Below are positions 1 to 9,089 of a stretch of DNA of 64,000 bases, piece by piece. The DNA is from an uncultured Gammaproteobacteria bacterium (lineage in GTDB: Bacteria; Patescibacteriota; Patescibacteriia; Magasanikbacterales; GWA2-37-8). Every line of letters begins with the position of its first letter. Position 1 is the first letter of the stretch. The notes beneath the pieces were generated by a model. It searched no databases and was not told where the DNA came from. It saw nothing but the letters and a program-made list of their open reading frames with translations. Position numbers and translations under genes: made by a program. Where the stretch lies: assembly GCA_964510885.1 (NCBI GenBank), contig CAZEDL010000004.1:3182-67181 (forward strand), read 5' to 3'.

Positions 1-34
1 CGGCGACACTAGAGACCTGCACTTGATTTTCCAA
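1..34 (-). CDS. 5' fragment of a gene running off the window edge
   Basis: AGGAG Shine-Dalgarno followed by TTG at 34, with an open frame (MENQVQVSSVA...) to the edge. Confidence 0.3.
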   Translation of the reverse strand, partial: MENQVQVSSVA

Positions 35-161
35 GATGTTCTCCTTTTTTTCTTCAACAAAAAACTGAACACTATCTCTATAATAGAGATAAACCTCCAT
101 TACACAGACAGAGATCAGGCAATTTTCAAGGATAACCAAAGAGGCGCATCTACCATGCTAG

Positions 162-243
162 TGGGCAAGGAGGGACTCGAACCCTCAAGCCTTGCGGCAT
201 TAGTTCCTAAGACTAACGCGTATACCAGTTCCGCCACTTGCCC
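162..243 (-). tRNA. tRNA-Leu(TAG)
   Basis: GGGCAAG/CTTGCCC acceptor stem, TTAGT-CT-TAG-GA-ACTAA anticodon arm, long variable arm, GGTTCGAGTCC T-arm. Confidence 0.95.
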
Positions 244-393
244 AAAAGTAGGCATATCTAATCATATGAAACTAAAAAAAGCAATAAAACAGACCTGCCA
301 AAATAGCGATCTTAATATATTCCCCTAAAAATGGAAATTCCTGCTCGGGAGAGCAGGAACAGAGGGGGGTGGGCCGTGCCAGAAGGTGCTGGA

Positions 394-1035
394 TCAAGCA
401 GCGCGATGGTAGGCGTCGACAAGCTGGGCGACGGCGCTGACGACCGCTCGGATCTTGTCGGCCACGTCAGGAAAGGACTTGACCACAGTGAGGCGAGGAT
501 GGTCCTTCCAGGCCAGCTCGCTAGCGCGAGCCAGCTCGACTGCACGCTCATACGGCTCAAACCGAACGCCGTTATTAGCGCGCTGGCCGGCCTCATAGAG
601 TGTCCGGTCTTCAAGGTGAGGTGGGGTCAGTAGGAAGACGGCCCGGTAGCGAGCGAGCTCAGCCATGAGATCGACATGATAGCGCGCTACGAATTCTTTC
701 AGGCCACCCGGGAGATAGGCCGCTGCACCCACGATGCCACGATCACAGAGGACGAACGGAACGCCGCGCTCCCGAGCCATGTCCAGAAACACCGCTTCGA
801 GTGGCCGCTGCACTCCGACCACCGCATCCTGGAAGTTAACCTGCCACTCCGGCGTCCACTCGAGATCGCGACCAGGGAGCGGAAAGCCGCCATTTAAGAG
901 CATGGTCGCTACCTCTGGCATCTCCAGGAACATGTTCGGGAACTGCTGTAGGACGAGATGACTGATCGTAGTTTTGCCTGAGCGTGGGCCACCTTCAATC
1001 ACCACCAGCTTGGGTTCTACAATCTTTTGACTCAT
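394..1035 (-). CDS. P-loop NTPase / nucleotide kinase-like protein (AAA_28-like)
   Basis: Walker A GGPRSGKTT, plus PEVAT and LCDRG motifs; GGAGG SD; visibly GC-richer than its neighbours. Confidence 0.75.
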   Translation of the reverse strand: MSQKIVEPKLVVIEGGPRSGKTTISHLVLQQFPNMFLEMPEVATMLLNGGFPLPGRDLEWTPEWQVNFQDAVVGVQRPLEAVFLDMARERGVPFVLCDRGIVGAAAYLPGGLKEFVARYHVDLMAELARYRAVFLLTPPHLEDRTLYEAGQRANNGVRFEPYERAVELARASELAWKDHPRLTVVKSFPDVADKIRAVVSAVAQLVDAYHRAA

Positions 1036-1151
1036 GAAAAACCTCCAAAAAAACGTTTGGTTGAAAGATCGCAGTAATGGACCCTCGGCCCACTACTACC
1101 AGTTTCAAGGCAAAAAAATCCCTCTCACCAGTGGTAAAAGGGATTAAATAG

Positions 1152-3374
1152 TTATCGTCCGCCGCGGAAACCGCCACCGCCGCCACGACCACCAAATCCG
1201 CCCCGCTGTGGGCGTGGACCGCGCTCAAAGGCTGGTTGTTCCTGGTAGCCTTCCGGTTTCGGCAAGAGCTGTTTCATGCTGAGGTTAATGCGGCCAAGGT
1301 TATCAATTTCTTTAACCACAACTTTGACTTTATCACCGAGCTTCAAAACATCGCTTGGTTTATTGGTGCGTGTCCAGGCAATTTCACTCACATGCACGAG
1401 GCCATCCTGGCCAGGCAACACCTGGATAAAGGCGCCAAAATCTTCAAGGCGCACCACAGTACCTTCATACGTTTCGCCCGGGGTAACTTCGTGAGTTAAT
1501 TCCTCTACCCATTTTACTGCCTTCTCAAGGCCAACCGCATCACTCGAAGTGATACAGACGCGGCCATCATCTTCAATATCAATCGATACACCGGTTTCGG
1601 CAATAATTTTATTGATCATCTTACCACCAGGACCAATCACATCACGGATCTTGTCTGGATTAATCATAACTGTCACGATGCGTGGGGCATATGGCGACAA
1701 ATCGGGTCGCGGAGATGGCAAAATTTTAGCCATTTCGGACAACAAGGTTAAGCGAGCTGTCTTGGCTTGACTAAAGGTCTGATCCACAATCTCCCAGCTA
1801 AGACCGCTGGTTTTGGTATCCATTTGGAGCGCGGTAATACCATCAGCCGTACCGGCAATTTTGAAATCCATACCACCCGGGCCGTCTTCGATATCCTGTA
1901 AATCGGTTAATACTTTCCATTTGCCATTTGCATCACTCGCAAGACCCATCGCAATTCCAGCCACCGGCTTCTTGATTGGCACACCAGCGTCCATAAGGGC
2001 GAGCGTTGAACCGCACGTCGATGCCATGGAACTTGAGCCATTGCTGCCAAGCACTTCGGATACCACGCGAATCGCATACGGAAATTCTGTTTCTGGTGGC
2101 AACATCGGTACGAGGGCTCGTTCTGCCAAAGCGCCGTGCCCGATCGCGCGATTGCCTGGGCCGCGCAGCGGGCCAGTTTCGCCATAAGTTGCCGGCGTGT
2201 CATTGTAATGATGCATATAACGCTTGGTTCCCTCTTCTTCCATCGTATCAAGCGTTTGCACATCACCCGGCGCACCAAGAGTCGCGACCGACAGCACCTG
2301 CGTGTCGCCGCGCATAAACATACCAGAGCCATGGGTGCGTGGTAACAGCGCTACTTCAATATTCAAATCACGAATATCAGTGAGCGAGCGGCCATCCAGG
2401 CGCTGCTCTTTTTTCAAAATCTGTTCGGTAATATATTTTTCGACATAAATTTTGACGCGGCCAAGCACAATCTTTTTGATTTTTTCATCGAGCCCTTCTT
2501 TGGCCGACAGCATTTCATCAACAGCTTTGCTAAAGCGCTCTACCATCGCGACGCGCTCCATTTTACCTTTCTTTACCCCTTCAAAAATCCAGTCATCGAC
2601 ATGGCTCGCTACCAGTTGAATCGCTTCTTGCTCGGTAGCGCGCAGGGTCAATTCTTTTTCATCAGGGTTAGCCGACAAATCAAGTTTCGGCTGACCGACT
2701 TCACGCTGTAATTTGGTAATAAATTCAATGAGCGGAGCGAGTTCGGCGGCGCCATATTTAAGAGCTGCGAGCACATCCTGATCAGGCGCATCTTTACACC
2801 CGGCTTCCACCATAATCACTTTGTCTGGCGTACCAGCGACCACAATATCAACATCACTCGTTTCACGTTCGGCAAATGACGGGTTGATTTTGAAGGCACC
2901 ATTCACCCGGCCAACGCGAGCGCCAGCAATCGGGCCATTCCACGGAATATTCGACAGACTTAATACCGTAGCCGCAGCAATCAATGCCGGAACCTGCGAA
3001 TCATTTTCGCCATCCACCGACAGAGCCGTCAGAATAACCTGAATATCATTGCGCATCTGATCGTTGAACAGCGGGCGAATCGCGCGATCCACCAGGCGGC
3101 CTGACAAAATCGCATCTTCACTCGGGCGGCCTTCGCGCTTGATAAAGCGGCTGCCTTTAATTTTTCCAGCGGCGTATAATTTTTCTTCGAAGTTCACCAT
3201 CAGCGGGAAAAAATCGATGCCGTCGCGCGTATTTTTACTCATCACGACGCTGGCCAAAATCACCGTATCGCCATAACGCACGGTGCATGATGCATTAGCC
3301 TGCAAGCTAAAATGGCCGGTTTCCACCGTCAGGGTGCGGCCGCCCCAGTTGAGCGACCATTGTTTGATATTCAT
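1152..3374 (-). CDS. pnp: polyribonucleotide nucleotidyltransferase (PNPase)
   Basis: FFPLMVNFEEKLYAAGKI, RTHGSGMFMRGDTQ, SNGSSSMAS, MDFKIAGT; KH and S1 domains. Confidence 0.98.
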   Translation of the reverse strand: MNIKQWSLNWGGRTLTVETGHFSLQANASCTVRYGDTVILASVVMSKNTRDGIDFFPLMVNFEEKLYAAGKIKGSRFIKREGRPSEDAILSGRLVDRAIRPLFNDQMRNDIQVILTALSVDGENDSQVPALIAAATVLSLSNIPWNGPIAGARVGRVNGAFKINPSFAERETSDVDIVVAGTPDKVIMVEAGCKDAPDQDVLAALKYGAAELAPLIEFITKLQREVGQPKLDLSANPDEKELTLRATEQEAIQLVASHVDDWIFEGVKKGKMERVAMVERFSKAVDEMLSAKEGLDEKIKKIVLGRVKIYVEKYITEQILKKEQRLDGRSLTDIRDLNIEVALLPRTHGSGMFMRGDTQVLSVATLGAPGDVQTLDTMEEEGTKRYMHHYNDTPATYGETGPLRGPGNRAIGHGALAERALVPMLPPETEFPYAIRVVSEVLGSNGSSSMASTCGSTLALMDAGVPIKKPVAGIAMGLASDANGKWKVLTDLQDIEDGPGGMDFKIAGTADGITALQMDTKTSGLSWEIVDQTFSQAKTARLTLLSEMAKILPSPRPDLSPYAPRIVTVMINPDKIRDVIGPGGKMINKIIAETGVSIDIEDDGRVCITSSDAVGLEKAVKWVEELTHEVTPGETYEGTVVRLEDFGAFIQVLPGQDGLVHVSEIAWTRTNKPSDVLKLGDKVKVVVKEIDNLGRINLSMKQLLPKPEGYQEQPAFERGPRPQRGGFGGRGGGGGFRGGR

Positions 3375-3387
3375 ATGTGTTCCTTTC

Positions 3388-3450
3388 TTGAAGTTGCTAT
3401 GCGAGCTAAAGACCTACTAGCAGGTCTGTGTGTCTGCATACCAACCTCAT
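3388..3450 (-). promoter_or_regulatory. long stem-loop in the pnp leader (possible RNase III / autoregulatory hairpin)
   Basis: TGAGGTTGGTATGC...AGACCT/AGGTCT...GCATAGCAACTTCA nested inverted repeat just upstream of pnp; function assigned by analogy with E. coli pnp. Confidence 0.4.
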
Positions 3451-3541
3451 TATAAATAAATTGTTACATTGTCATATTGTTAAATTGCTATCGGTGAAAA
3501 TCTCACAAAAAACAATTTAGCACTTTAACAATTTAGCAATT

Positions 3542-4129
3542 TTATACCTTCGGTGGAGCCGCCTTCTTCCGAGCCGGAGGCCGTGGGCTATACGTCGGAA
3601 TCAAAAACTTGCCTTTCTCAAGACTCAAATCCATAAAATCATCAGCCGCTTCTTTCAATTTACCAGACGTAGTGTTGCCAAAGGCCACCACTTCTACCTG
3701 TTTGCCCTGGTTGCGCAGATATTCAATCAGCGGCATATAATCACCGTCGCCACTGACCAGCACAATCGCATCAAGGCTCGGGCTAAGGCGAATCGCATCT
3801 ACCGCAATGCCAACATCCCAATCAGCTTTTTTCTCACCGCCATAAAAAATCTGGAGCGGCTTGTCTTTGGTTTCAATGCCAAGATTATAGAGCGCATCGA
3901 AAAACGGCTGCTCTTCTTTGCTTTCAGTTGATACCACATAGGCAATCGCCCGGATCAATTTCCGGCCTTCAGTCGCCGCTTTTACGATCGCCCCGAAGTT
4001 AACTTTCGCGCCATACAAATTCTTGGCGCTATAATACATATTCTGCACATCAATAAACACCCCAACGCGTTGGTCAGGGTGTTTAAGGGGATGATTTTTT
4101 TTGTTAGGCGACGCGTTCATTGCCAGCAT
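3542..4129 (-). CDS. NYN domain (LabA/DUF88, PIN-like) protein
   Basis: VFIDVQN, KADWDVGIAVD, LVSGDGDY motifs. Confidence 0.92.
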   Translation of the reverse strand: MLAMNASPNKKNHPLKHPDQRVGVFIDVQNMYYSAKNLYGAKVNFGAIVKAATEGRKLIRAIAYVVSTESKEEQPFFDALYNLGIETKDKPLQIFYGGEKKADWDVGIAVDAIRLSPSLDAIVLVSGDGDYMPLIEYLRNQGKQVEVVAFGNTTSGKLKEAADDFMDLSLEKGKFLIPTYSPRPPARKKAAPPKV

Positions 4130-4475
4130 CTTTTAAATCCATGGCCTCGTCATCGAGCATCTCATCTTCGGTTTCAGCGCCAGTAGCGCCTGGTTTCGGG
4201 ATTGTGCGGCCACCTTTAATTTTAAGTTTTTTAAGAATCTGTTCGCAGCTTTCTGGATTTTCTTTGCGGAGATAACGGATCAAGCTGCGGCGCGTACTCA
4301 CTTTGCGGAGCAAACCACGGCGAGAAGAATGATCTTTCGGGTGAAGTTTAAGGTGCTCAATCAGCTCATCAATTTCAGCACTGAGAATGGCAATCTGGAC
4401 TTCGCTTGAGCCAGTATCGCCCTCATGAGTCTGAAATTTTTTAATAATACTCGCTTTTTTCTTGACGTCTAACAT
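4104..4475 (-). CDS. rpsO: 30S ribosomal protein S15 with acidic C-terminal extension
   Basis: DTGSSEVQIAIL, HPKDHSSRRGLL. Confidence 0.97.
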   Translation of the reverse strand: MLDVKKKASIIKKFQTHEGDTGSSEVQIAILSAEIDELIEHLKLHPKDHSSRRGLLRKVSTRRSLIRYLRKENPESCEQILKKLKIKGGRTIPKPGATGAETEDEMLDDEAMDLKDAGNERVA

Positions 4476-4652
4476 ACGATATATGCGGTTATATCACCGA
4501 GCGCTTCCCGAGCATATTTCAGGAAGGTTCAGTTCTGGCTAAATCATAGGGCCGAGCCTGTGGTGGCCAGAATGAGTAAAGTAGGATCATCGTAGCCGAA
4601 TAGGCCAAAAAAGTCAAGCTTACAGATGAAGGGGTTACCTAGCCCCGCCAGA

Positions 4653-6980
4653 CTAAATTCGCACACCAGTCGCCTTAATAGCCGCTAAAAAAGGCTCCAG
4701 CTCCGTCTCAAGAGCCTCTAATTCAGCATACTGTTCACGCATCGCTTGACTATCCCGGCGGGTGTAGGCTTGCCCAAAAGCCAATTGAATTGTTTTAAAC
4801 CTGACTTCGCTAGTCGCCCAAATATCAACTGGCAGCTGCGCTCTTCGAGACAAAATCGTCAATTTATCAAAAGGAAATTTGTTCTGAAAAGTACGATTTT
4901 TCCCAGACGAAAATTCATCACCATACATCATGGTCATAAGGCTGGCGATGCGAGGATCTTTTTCCTCTGGCTGAGAGTCTTTTTTAGCTAAACCTCGCGA
5001 CGTATCGCGGCCTGCGTCTTGGGGCTGACCGACAAGCTGTTCCAAGTGGGCTTCAGCATCAAGTAACAGTTCCACTGAACCCGTATATGCTTCAACTTGA
5101 TGATTAAAACTGTCAAAATTGCTAAATAACGCAGGGATCCCGTCTCCCTGGCGATAATTTTTATCAAACTGTTCATAGGTTTTTCTCAGTCCACCAGCAC
5201 TCTTAAGCCGATTTCGCCACTCATCACGCTGCTCCCGATCCGGGTGTTTACTGAAATAAGCCTCGGCTTTTTTATCTAAAGAAACCAAGCCTTCTTTAAC
5301 TGAACCGTACAAATATTGCATCAATTCATACGCTTCTGTCAGAGCTTTATCATATGCCGGATAAAAGGCATTCTCGTCGTGGGCAACAGTTCGGACCACA
5401 CGAGCCAAGTTACGCAAAGCCTCTAAACGAGATTGGTGGCTTTTCCCACCTTTCGTTTCCCAGCGCGCCTTACTATCGACAATCGTACTCGCCAACCGCT
5501 CAGTAGTTTTGACAATATGTTCGGAAGCGCACAAATACGCAGAGCCGCGGGCTTCGGCCCGAGCCTCTTGATCAAGTTTCTCAAGTTCAGTCACAAGGCC
5601 CTGCGGTATGCCAACCTCTTTAGCCGTCTTCGGGCGCGCTTTGTCTCCGGGTGCCGGATGCACCAACAAAAAGTCATCTATTGAAACTGTTGGCGGCAAT
5701 TCTGTGAACACTTTTACCCAATATCGAGCAAAGTAAACTTCGCCAATAATTGGAGGGGCTACCGTTCGATCTAGCAGCGACCCATCTTCGCCAATTTCAT
5801 CATCAGCTTTTATAGGGAATAAATCATTGGGAAAATCAGCGTGGTCGCGGGCTTGTTGCAAAACTGAACGAGCACCCTCAAGTTCAAGTTTTATGAGCGG
5901 CACCTCTCTTCTGTTCGGATCTGGAGCGGTCGAAGATAGCGCCACATCCGGAGTGGCTGGAGCTGGCGACGATTTTGGAGCAGCTGACGGTGCGGCGGCA
6001 ACACTCGGCGACAAAACTGCCGCTACCGGTGGTGGTGAAACTGGTACTAGAGACGGGGTAGGTACATCCACTGGTTGCGGCGTTACCGGGCTGGCAGAAC
6101 CTGCTGCCGACTGAGGAGTCTGAGCTGGTGCCGATGTACCGGGCAAAGGCGGCGGCTCTTCCGGTGGATCCTTCAAAAGATACCCAGCCCCAACAAAATA
6201 GGCCTCAAGGTCGGCTTGAGTAGCAATAAGTCTAGATCCATATACCGGCTTATTCCCTGTTCCCTTAAGTAACTCTGCATCCAAGACTCCGCCTAACTTT
6301 CGCACAAGAATGAGGATGTCTTTGGGATATATTATTTTCACTTGCTGGCCATCTTTGCTGCCAGGAGCACTCTCAACAATAGGGGGTGTTACCGGCGCCA
6401 CCCCGTTGCGCAGCAAAGAAAAGAACACTTCACTGCGCACCCCATTTTTCCTCAAAGTTATGACTAGATTATTTTTTGGGTCTTTGGGCATTTTATCGTC
6501 AAATCCCAAATGTATGTCGCCTTCGATCTTTATCGAAGGCGGCGCACTTACCACTTCAGGTGTTACAATCGCAGGACTTACCCCAGATACTGGAGCGGCA
6601 ACAACGGCAGTTTGCTTATTGTCCCAATCGTTCGGCAACGGCTGATCATGGAGCGGGTATTTTTCTAAACTGAAACATTCTTTAAATAAGGGCCCTAGCA
6701 ATACAAACAGCTGACGATGTTTTTTATGTAAATTTCTAATCGCTTTATCTTTTTTTCCAAGATCAGTAGTAACGCCTACGGCTATCCGAAGGCTAGGAAG
6801 CTCAGCAAGTTTCGCCTCCAAATCCTTCTTCAGTTGAGGAGATATATGGGGCTCAAGTTTTGCAATATCACCTGCAATCTCCTGGTCCTCAACCCTAAAC
6901 GTAACACCGCTTTCTACTTCAAATAGAAACAAATCAACAATTGGTCGGGGTTGCGGGCCACCTTCACGATTTTTGGCCAT
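4653..6980 (-). CDS. large hypothetical protein with Pro/Ala/Ser-rich linker
   Basis: 775-aa ORF starting 5 nt after a pilin stop codon; no family motif recognised. Confidence 0.75.
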   Translation of the reverse strand: MAKNREGGPQPRPIVDLFLFEVESGVTFRVEDQEIAGDIAKLEPHISPQLKKDLEAKLAELPSLRIAVGVTTDLGKKDKAIRNLHKKHRQLFVLLGPLFKECFSLEKYPLHDQPLPNDWDNKQTAVVAAPVSGVSPAIVTPEVVSAPPSIKIEGDIHLGFDDKMPKDPKNNLVITLRKNGVRSEVFFSLLRNGVAPVTPPIVESAPGSKDGQQVKIIYPKDILILVRKLGGVLDAELLKGTGNKPVYGSRLIATQADLEAYFVGAGYLLKDPPEEPPPLPGTSAPAQTPQSAAGSASPVTPQPVDVPTPSLVPVSPPPVAAVLSPSVAAAPSAAPKSSPAPATPDVALSSTAPDPNRREVPLIKLELEGARSVLQQARDHADFPNDLFPIKADDEIGEDGSLLDRTVAPPIIGEVYFARYWVKVFTELPPTVSIDDFLLVHPAPGDKARPKTAKEVGIPQGLVTELEKLDQEARAEARGSAYLCASEHIVKTTERLASTIVDSKARWETKGGKSHQSRLEALRNLARVVRTVAHDENAFYPAYDKALTEAYELMQYLYGSVKEGLVSLDKKAEAYFSKHPDREQRDEWRNRLKSAGGLRKTYEQFDKNYRQGDGIPALFSNFDSFNHQVEAYTGSVELLLDAEAHLEQLVGQPQDAGRDTSRGLAKKDSQPEEKDPRIASLMTMMYGDEFSSGKNRTFQNKFPFDKLTILSRRAQLPVDIWATSEVRFKTIQLAFGQAYTRRDSQAMREQYAELEALETELEPFLAAIKATGVRI

Positions 6981-6984
6981 ATAA

Positions 6985-7356
6985 TTATCCTCCAGACAGC
7001 TTAGTTAATACAAACCGTGTTATAGCATATGATACTGTCACGATTACAACCCCGATAATCGCTGTTTGCATCGTGTCTTTGGCGTTACTGATTGCATCTT
7101 CATTACCTTGCGAAGTCAACCATCGGAAACCGGCATACAGCATAAGGCCAAAAAAAGCAAAAGACAACACGACAAATACCGTCGGAACCACTCGAGTTAT
7201 TATGCCAGAAAAGGTATTTTGATCCCCGGTCTCGAACCCCACCGCCTTGCTGGTTTCGGTTAAGCCATAATCTCCGGCCAGAACAGGCGCCGCCATCAAG
7301 AGCACGCTAAAAACGCTTAAAAAAAATAAAAATTTTTTAAGAAAAAAATGGCGCAT
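6985..7356 (-). CDS. VirB2/TrbC-like (T4SS-type) pilin
   Basis: signal peptide; YAGFRWLTSQGNEDAISNAKDTMQTAIIG two-helix motif; start moved to ATG 7356. Confidence 0.85.
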   Translation of the reverse strand: MRHFFLKKFLFFLSVFSVLLMAAPVLAGDYGLTETSKAVGFETGDQNTFSGIITRVVPTVFVVLSFAFFGLMLYAGFRWLTSQGNEDAISNAKDTMQTAIIGVVIVTVSYAITRFVLTKLSGG

Positions 7357-7454
7357 ATTTCTCTTATTTAAGACCTTTTTTGAAAAACTACAACCATAGT
7401 AGCACACCTTGCTTTTTCTGTAAAAAATCGATAGGATACGATCATTTCCTAAAC

Positions 7455-7526
7455 GTCCTTGTAGTTCAATGGATAGAACGAGAGCCTTCTAAGCTCTAAA
7501 TCTAGGTTCGATTCCTAGCAAGGACA
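7455..7526 (+). tRNA. tRNA-Arg(TCT)
   Basis: GTCCTTG/CAAGGAC acceptor, AGAGC-CT-TCT-AA-GCTCT anticodon arm, GGTTCGATTCC. Confidence 0.95.
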
Positions 7527-7665
7527 CACCGAACATCAAAAATCCTAATGACTGATATCAAAACTTGCCAAAAGCTTTTTTTCACTGTAGTATCTTAAAA
7601 CTAGGTTGTCTAATTTGAAATTAGATATTAGAATTTTTGGTACTCCTCGCGAAGCGAAGAGATAT

Positions 7666-7738
7666 GGTGGCCATGGTATAATGGTTATTACGCGAGATTG
7701 TGGCTCTCGCAATACGGGTTCAATTCCCGTTGGCCACC
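7666..7738 (+). tRNA. tRNA-His(GTG)
   Basis: G-1:C73 pair, CGAGA-TT-GTG-GC-TCTCG anticodon arm, GGTTCAATTCC. Confidence 0.95.
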
Positions 7739-7740
7739 CA

Positions 7741-7873
7741 CATTGAACCGGGGAAGGTCTGGAAACCGGGAGGTTTCCACCTCTGCCGGGGAGAGCGCAC
7801 GAGAGGGCGGAAGCCCTTTCGTGGGAGCGAAGCGACGGAAATTCCCGTTGGCCACCCACATTGAACCGGGGAA
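7741..7873 (+). repeat. tRNA-trailer structured element, copy 1, with duplicated tRNA-His 3' end
   Basis: 34-bp direct repeat at 7722-7755 and 7840-7873; core shared with 37503-37618 and the reverse complement of 44701-44800. Confidence 0.9.
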
Positions 7874-7961
7874 AGTTTGGGAAGAGATTCCTGGCAACTC
7901 CCAATAACAGTAAAATCTCTTCACATAGAAGAGATTTTAAATTTAAGGACTAAACAGGTCT

Positions 7962-9038
7962 ATGGCGGCAGCAAAGCAAAAAGTACTTATTCTCTCCTGC
8001 ACTGGCGGCCTTGGCCATATTAAAGCTGGAACAGCGCTCTATGAGAGGGCTGTTCAATGTTACCCGAATATCGATGCCCGTCATATTAATGTTCTTGAAT
8101 ACCTGTCGCCTCTTCTGCGACGCCTAATTGGCGGATCCTACGATTTTTGGCTTCGGCTTACCCCGTCGCTATACCATTATCTGTACACCCTCGATGATAG
8201 CGGGCGAGGCACCATCTCGACGATCGCCCATTCATTGGTCGGGGCCATACTAAAAAAACCATTACAAAATTTGATTACCGACTGTCTCAATTTTAAACCT
8301 GATCGAATTATCACGACACATTATCTGATACCTTTTTTATTAAAGAATCGGATAACCGCGCCCATAGACGTCGTGATAACTGACTATCGAGCGCATCAAG
8401 TCTGGCTACATTCAAATGTGCGCCGTTATTTTGTAGGTAGCGCCGAGACTGCCGCTGGCATAAAAAATCAAAACCAACCAATTATAGTTAGTGGCATCCC
8501 TATCAGCCCAGATTTTATTAAAAAAAATACAGAACCAAATAGCGCTGAGCTCAGCCGTTCAGATTCACCAACCATCCTGCTATTGGCCGGAGGCAGCGGG
8601 CTTATCGACACCACGCCATATGCTAGAAATATTTTAGAAAATATTAAAAACGCTCGTGTCATCGCAGTCGCAGGGAAAAACTACGAGGCATTATTCAAAA
8701 AATTAACCGCCCTGTCAGCCCTGTACCCTAATCTAAGTGTCCATACCTACCTTGATCCGATTGCCAACTGGATGAAACAAGCCGATATCATTGTAACCAA
8801 ACCAGGTGGATTAACGGTGACTGAAGCCGTATTCCTAAAAAAACCGCTCGTGTTAATCGGGCCTGCTCCTGGGCAAGAAGCAGCTAACGTTCGATTCGTT
8901 CTGAGCCATGGTTACGGCCAAAAGGCAGCCGCCGCGAAAGACCTATCAAGAGTAATTACCACTGAATTAAAAAAGCTGCCAGGGCAATCACGCGCAGAGC
9001 AGCTATTTCCTAACGACATAATTTTAAACGCAAACTAA
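7962..9038 (+). CDS. MGDG synthase / UgtP-like diacylglycerol glycosyltransferase (GT28)
   Basis: GGLGH, ITTHY, VVITDY, KPGGLTVTEA, PGQEAAN motifs. Confidence 0.85.
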   Translation: MAAAKQKVLILSCTGGLGHIKAGTALYERAVQCYPNIDARHINVLEYLSPLLRRLIGGSYDFWLRLTPSLYHYLYTLDDSGRGTISTIAHSLVGAILKKPLQNLITDCLNFKPDRIITTHYLIPFLLKNRITAPIDVVITDYRAHQVWLHSNVRRYFVGSAETAAGIKNQNQPIIVSGIPISPDFIKKNTEPNSAELSRSDSPTILLLAGGSGLIDTTPYARNILENIKNARVIAVAGKNYEALFKKLTALSALYPNLSVHTYLDPIANWMKQADIIVTKPGGLTVTEAVFLKKPLVLIGPAPGQEAANVRFVLSHGYGQKAAAAKDLSRVITTELKKLPGQSRAEQLFPNDIILNAN

Positions 9039-9068
9039 AAAACGTCTCGCTACGGCGGGACGTTTTTT
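9037..9068. terminator. bidirectional intrinsic terminator
   Basis: AAAAAACGTCTCGC-TACG-GCGGGACGTTTTTT between convergent genes. Confidence 0.75.
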
Positions 9069-9089
9069 AGAAACATTATACCACTTTAA

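Noticed and set aside
1236-3276. Antisense and alternate-frame ORFs within pnp, nrdA, ahcY, pdxS and other long genes
   Set aside because: They are shadow ORFs of well-supported genes with no independent motifs.
7741-7873. Trailer element as an HDV-like (theta) ribozyme
   Set aside because: I could not build the nested double pseudoknot, and the candidate L3 segment is not conserved in the Ala copy (CTCTGCC versus CTTTTTT). A formal motif search is still worthwhile.
7545-7924. ORFs overlapping tRNA-His and its trailer (and similar ORFs at 23-328, 29113-29298, 37433-37669, 44553-44942)
   Set aside because: They are translations of tRNAs and the repeat; their mutual similarity reflects the DNA repeat, not a protein family.
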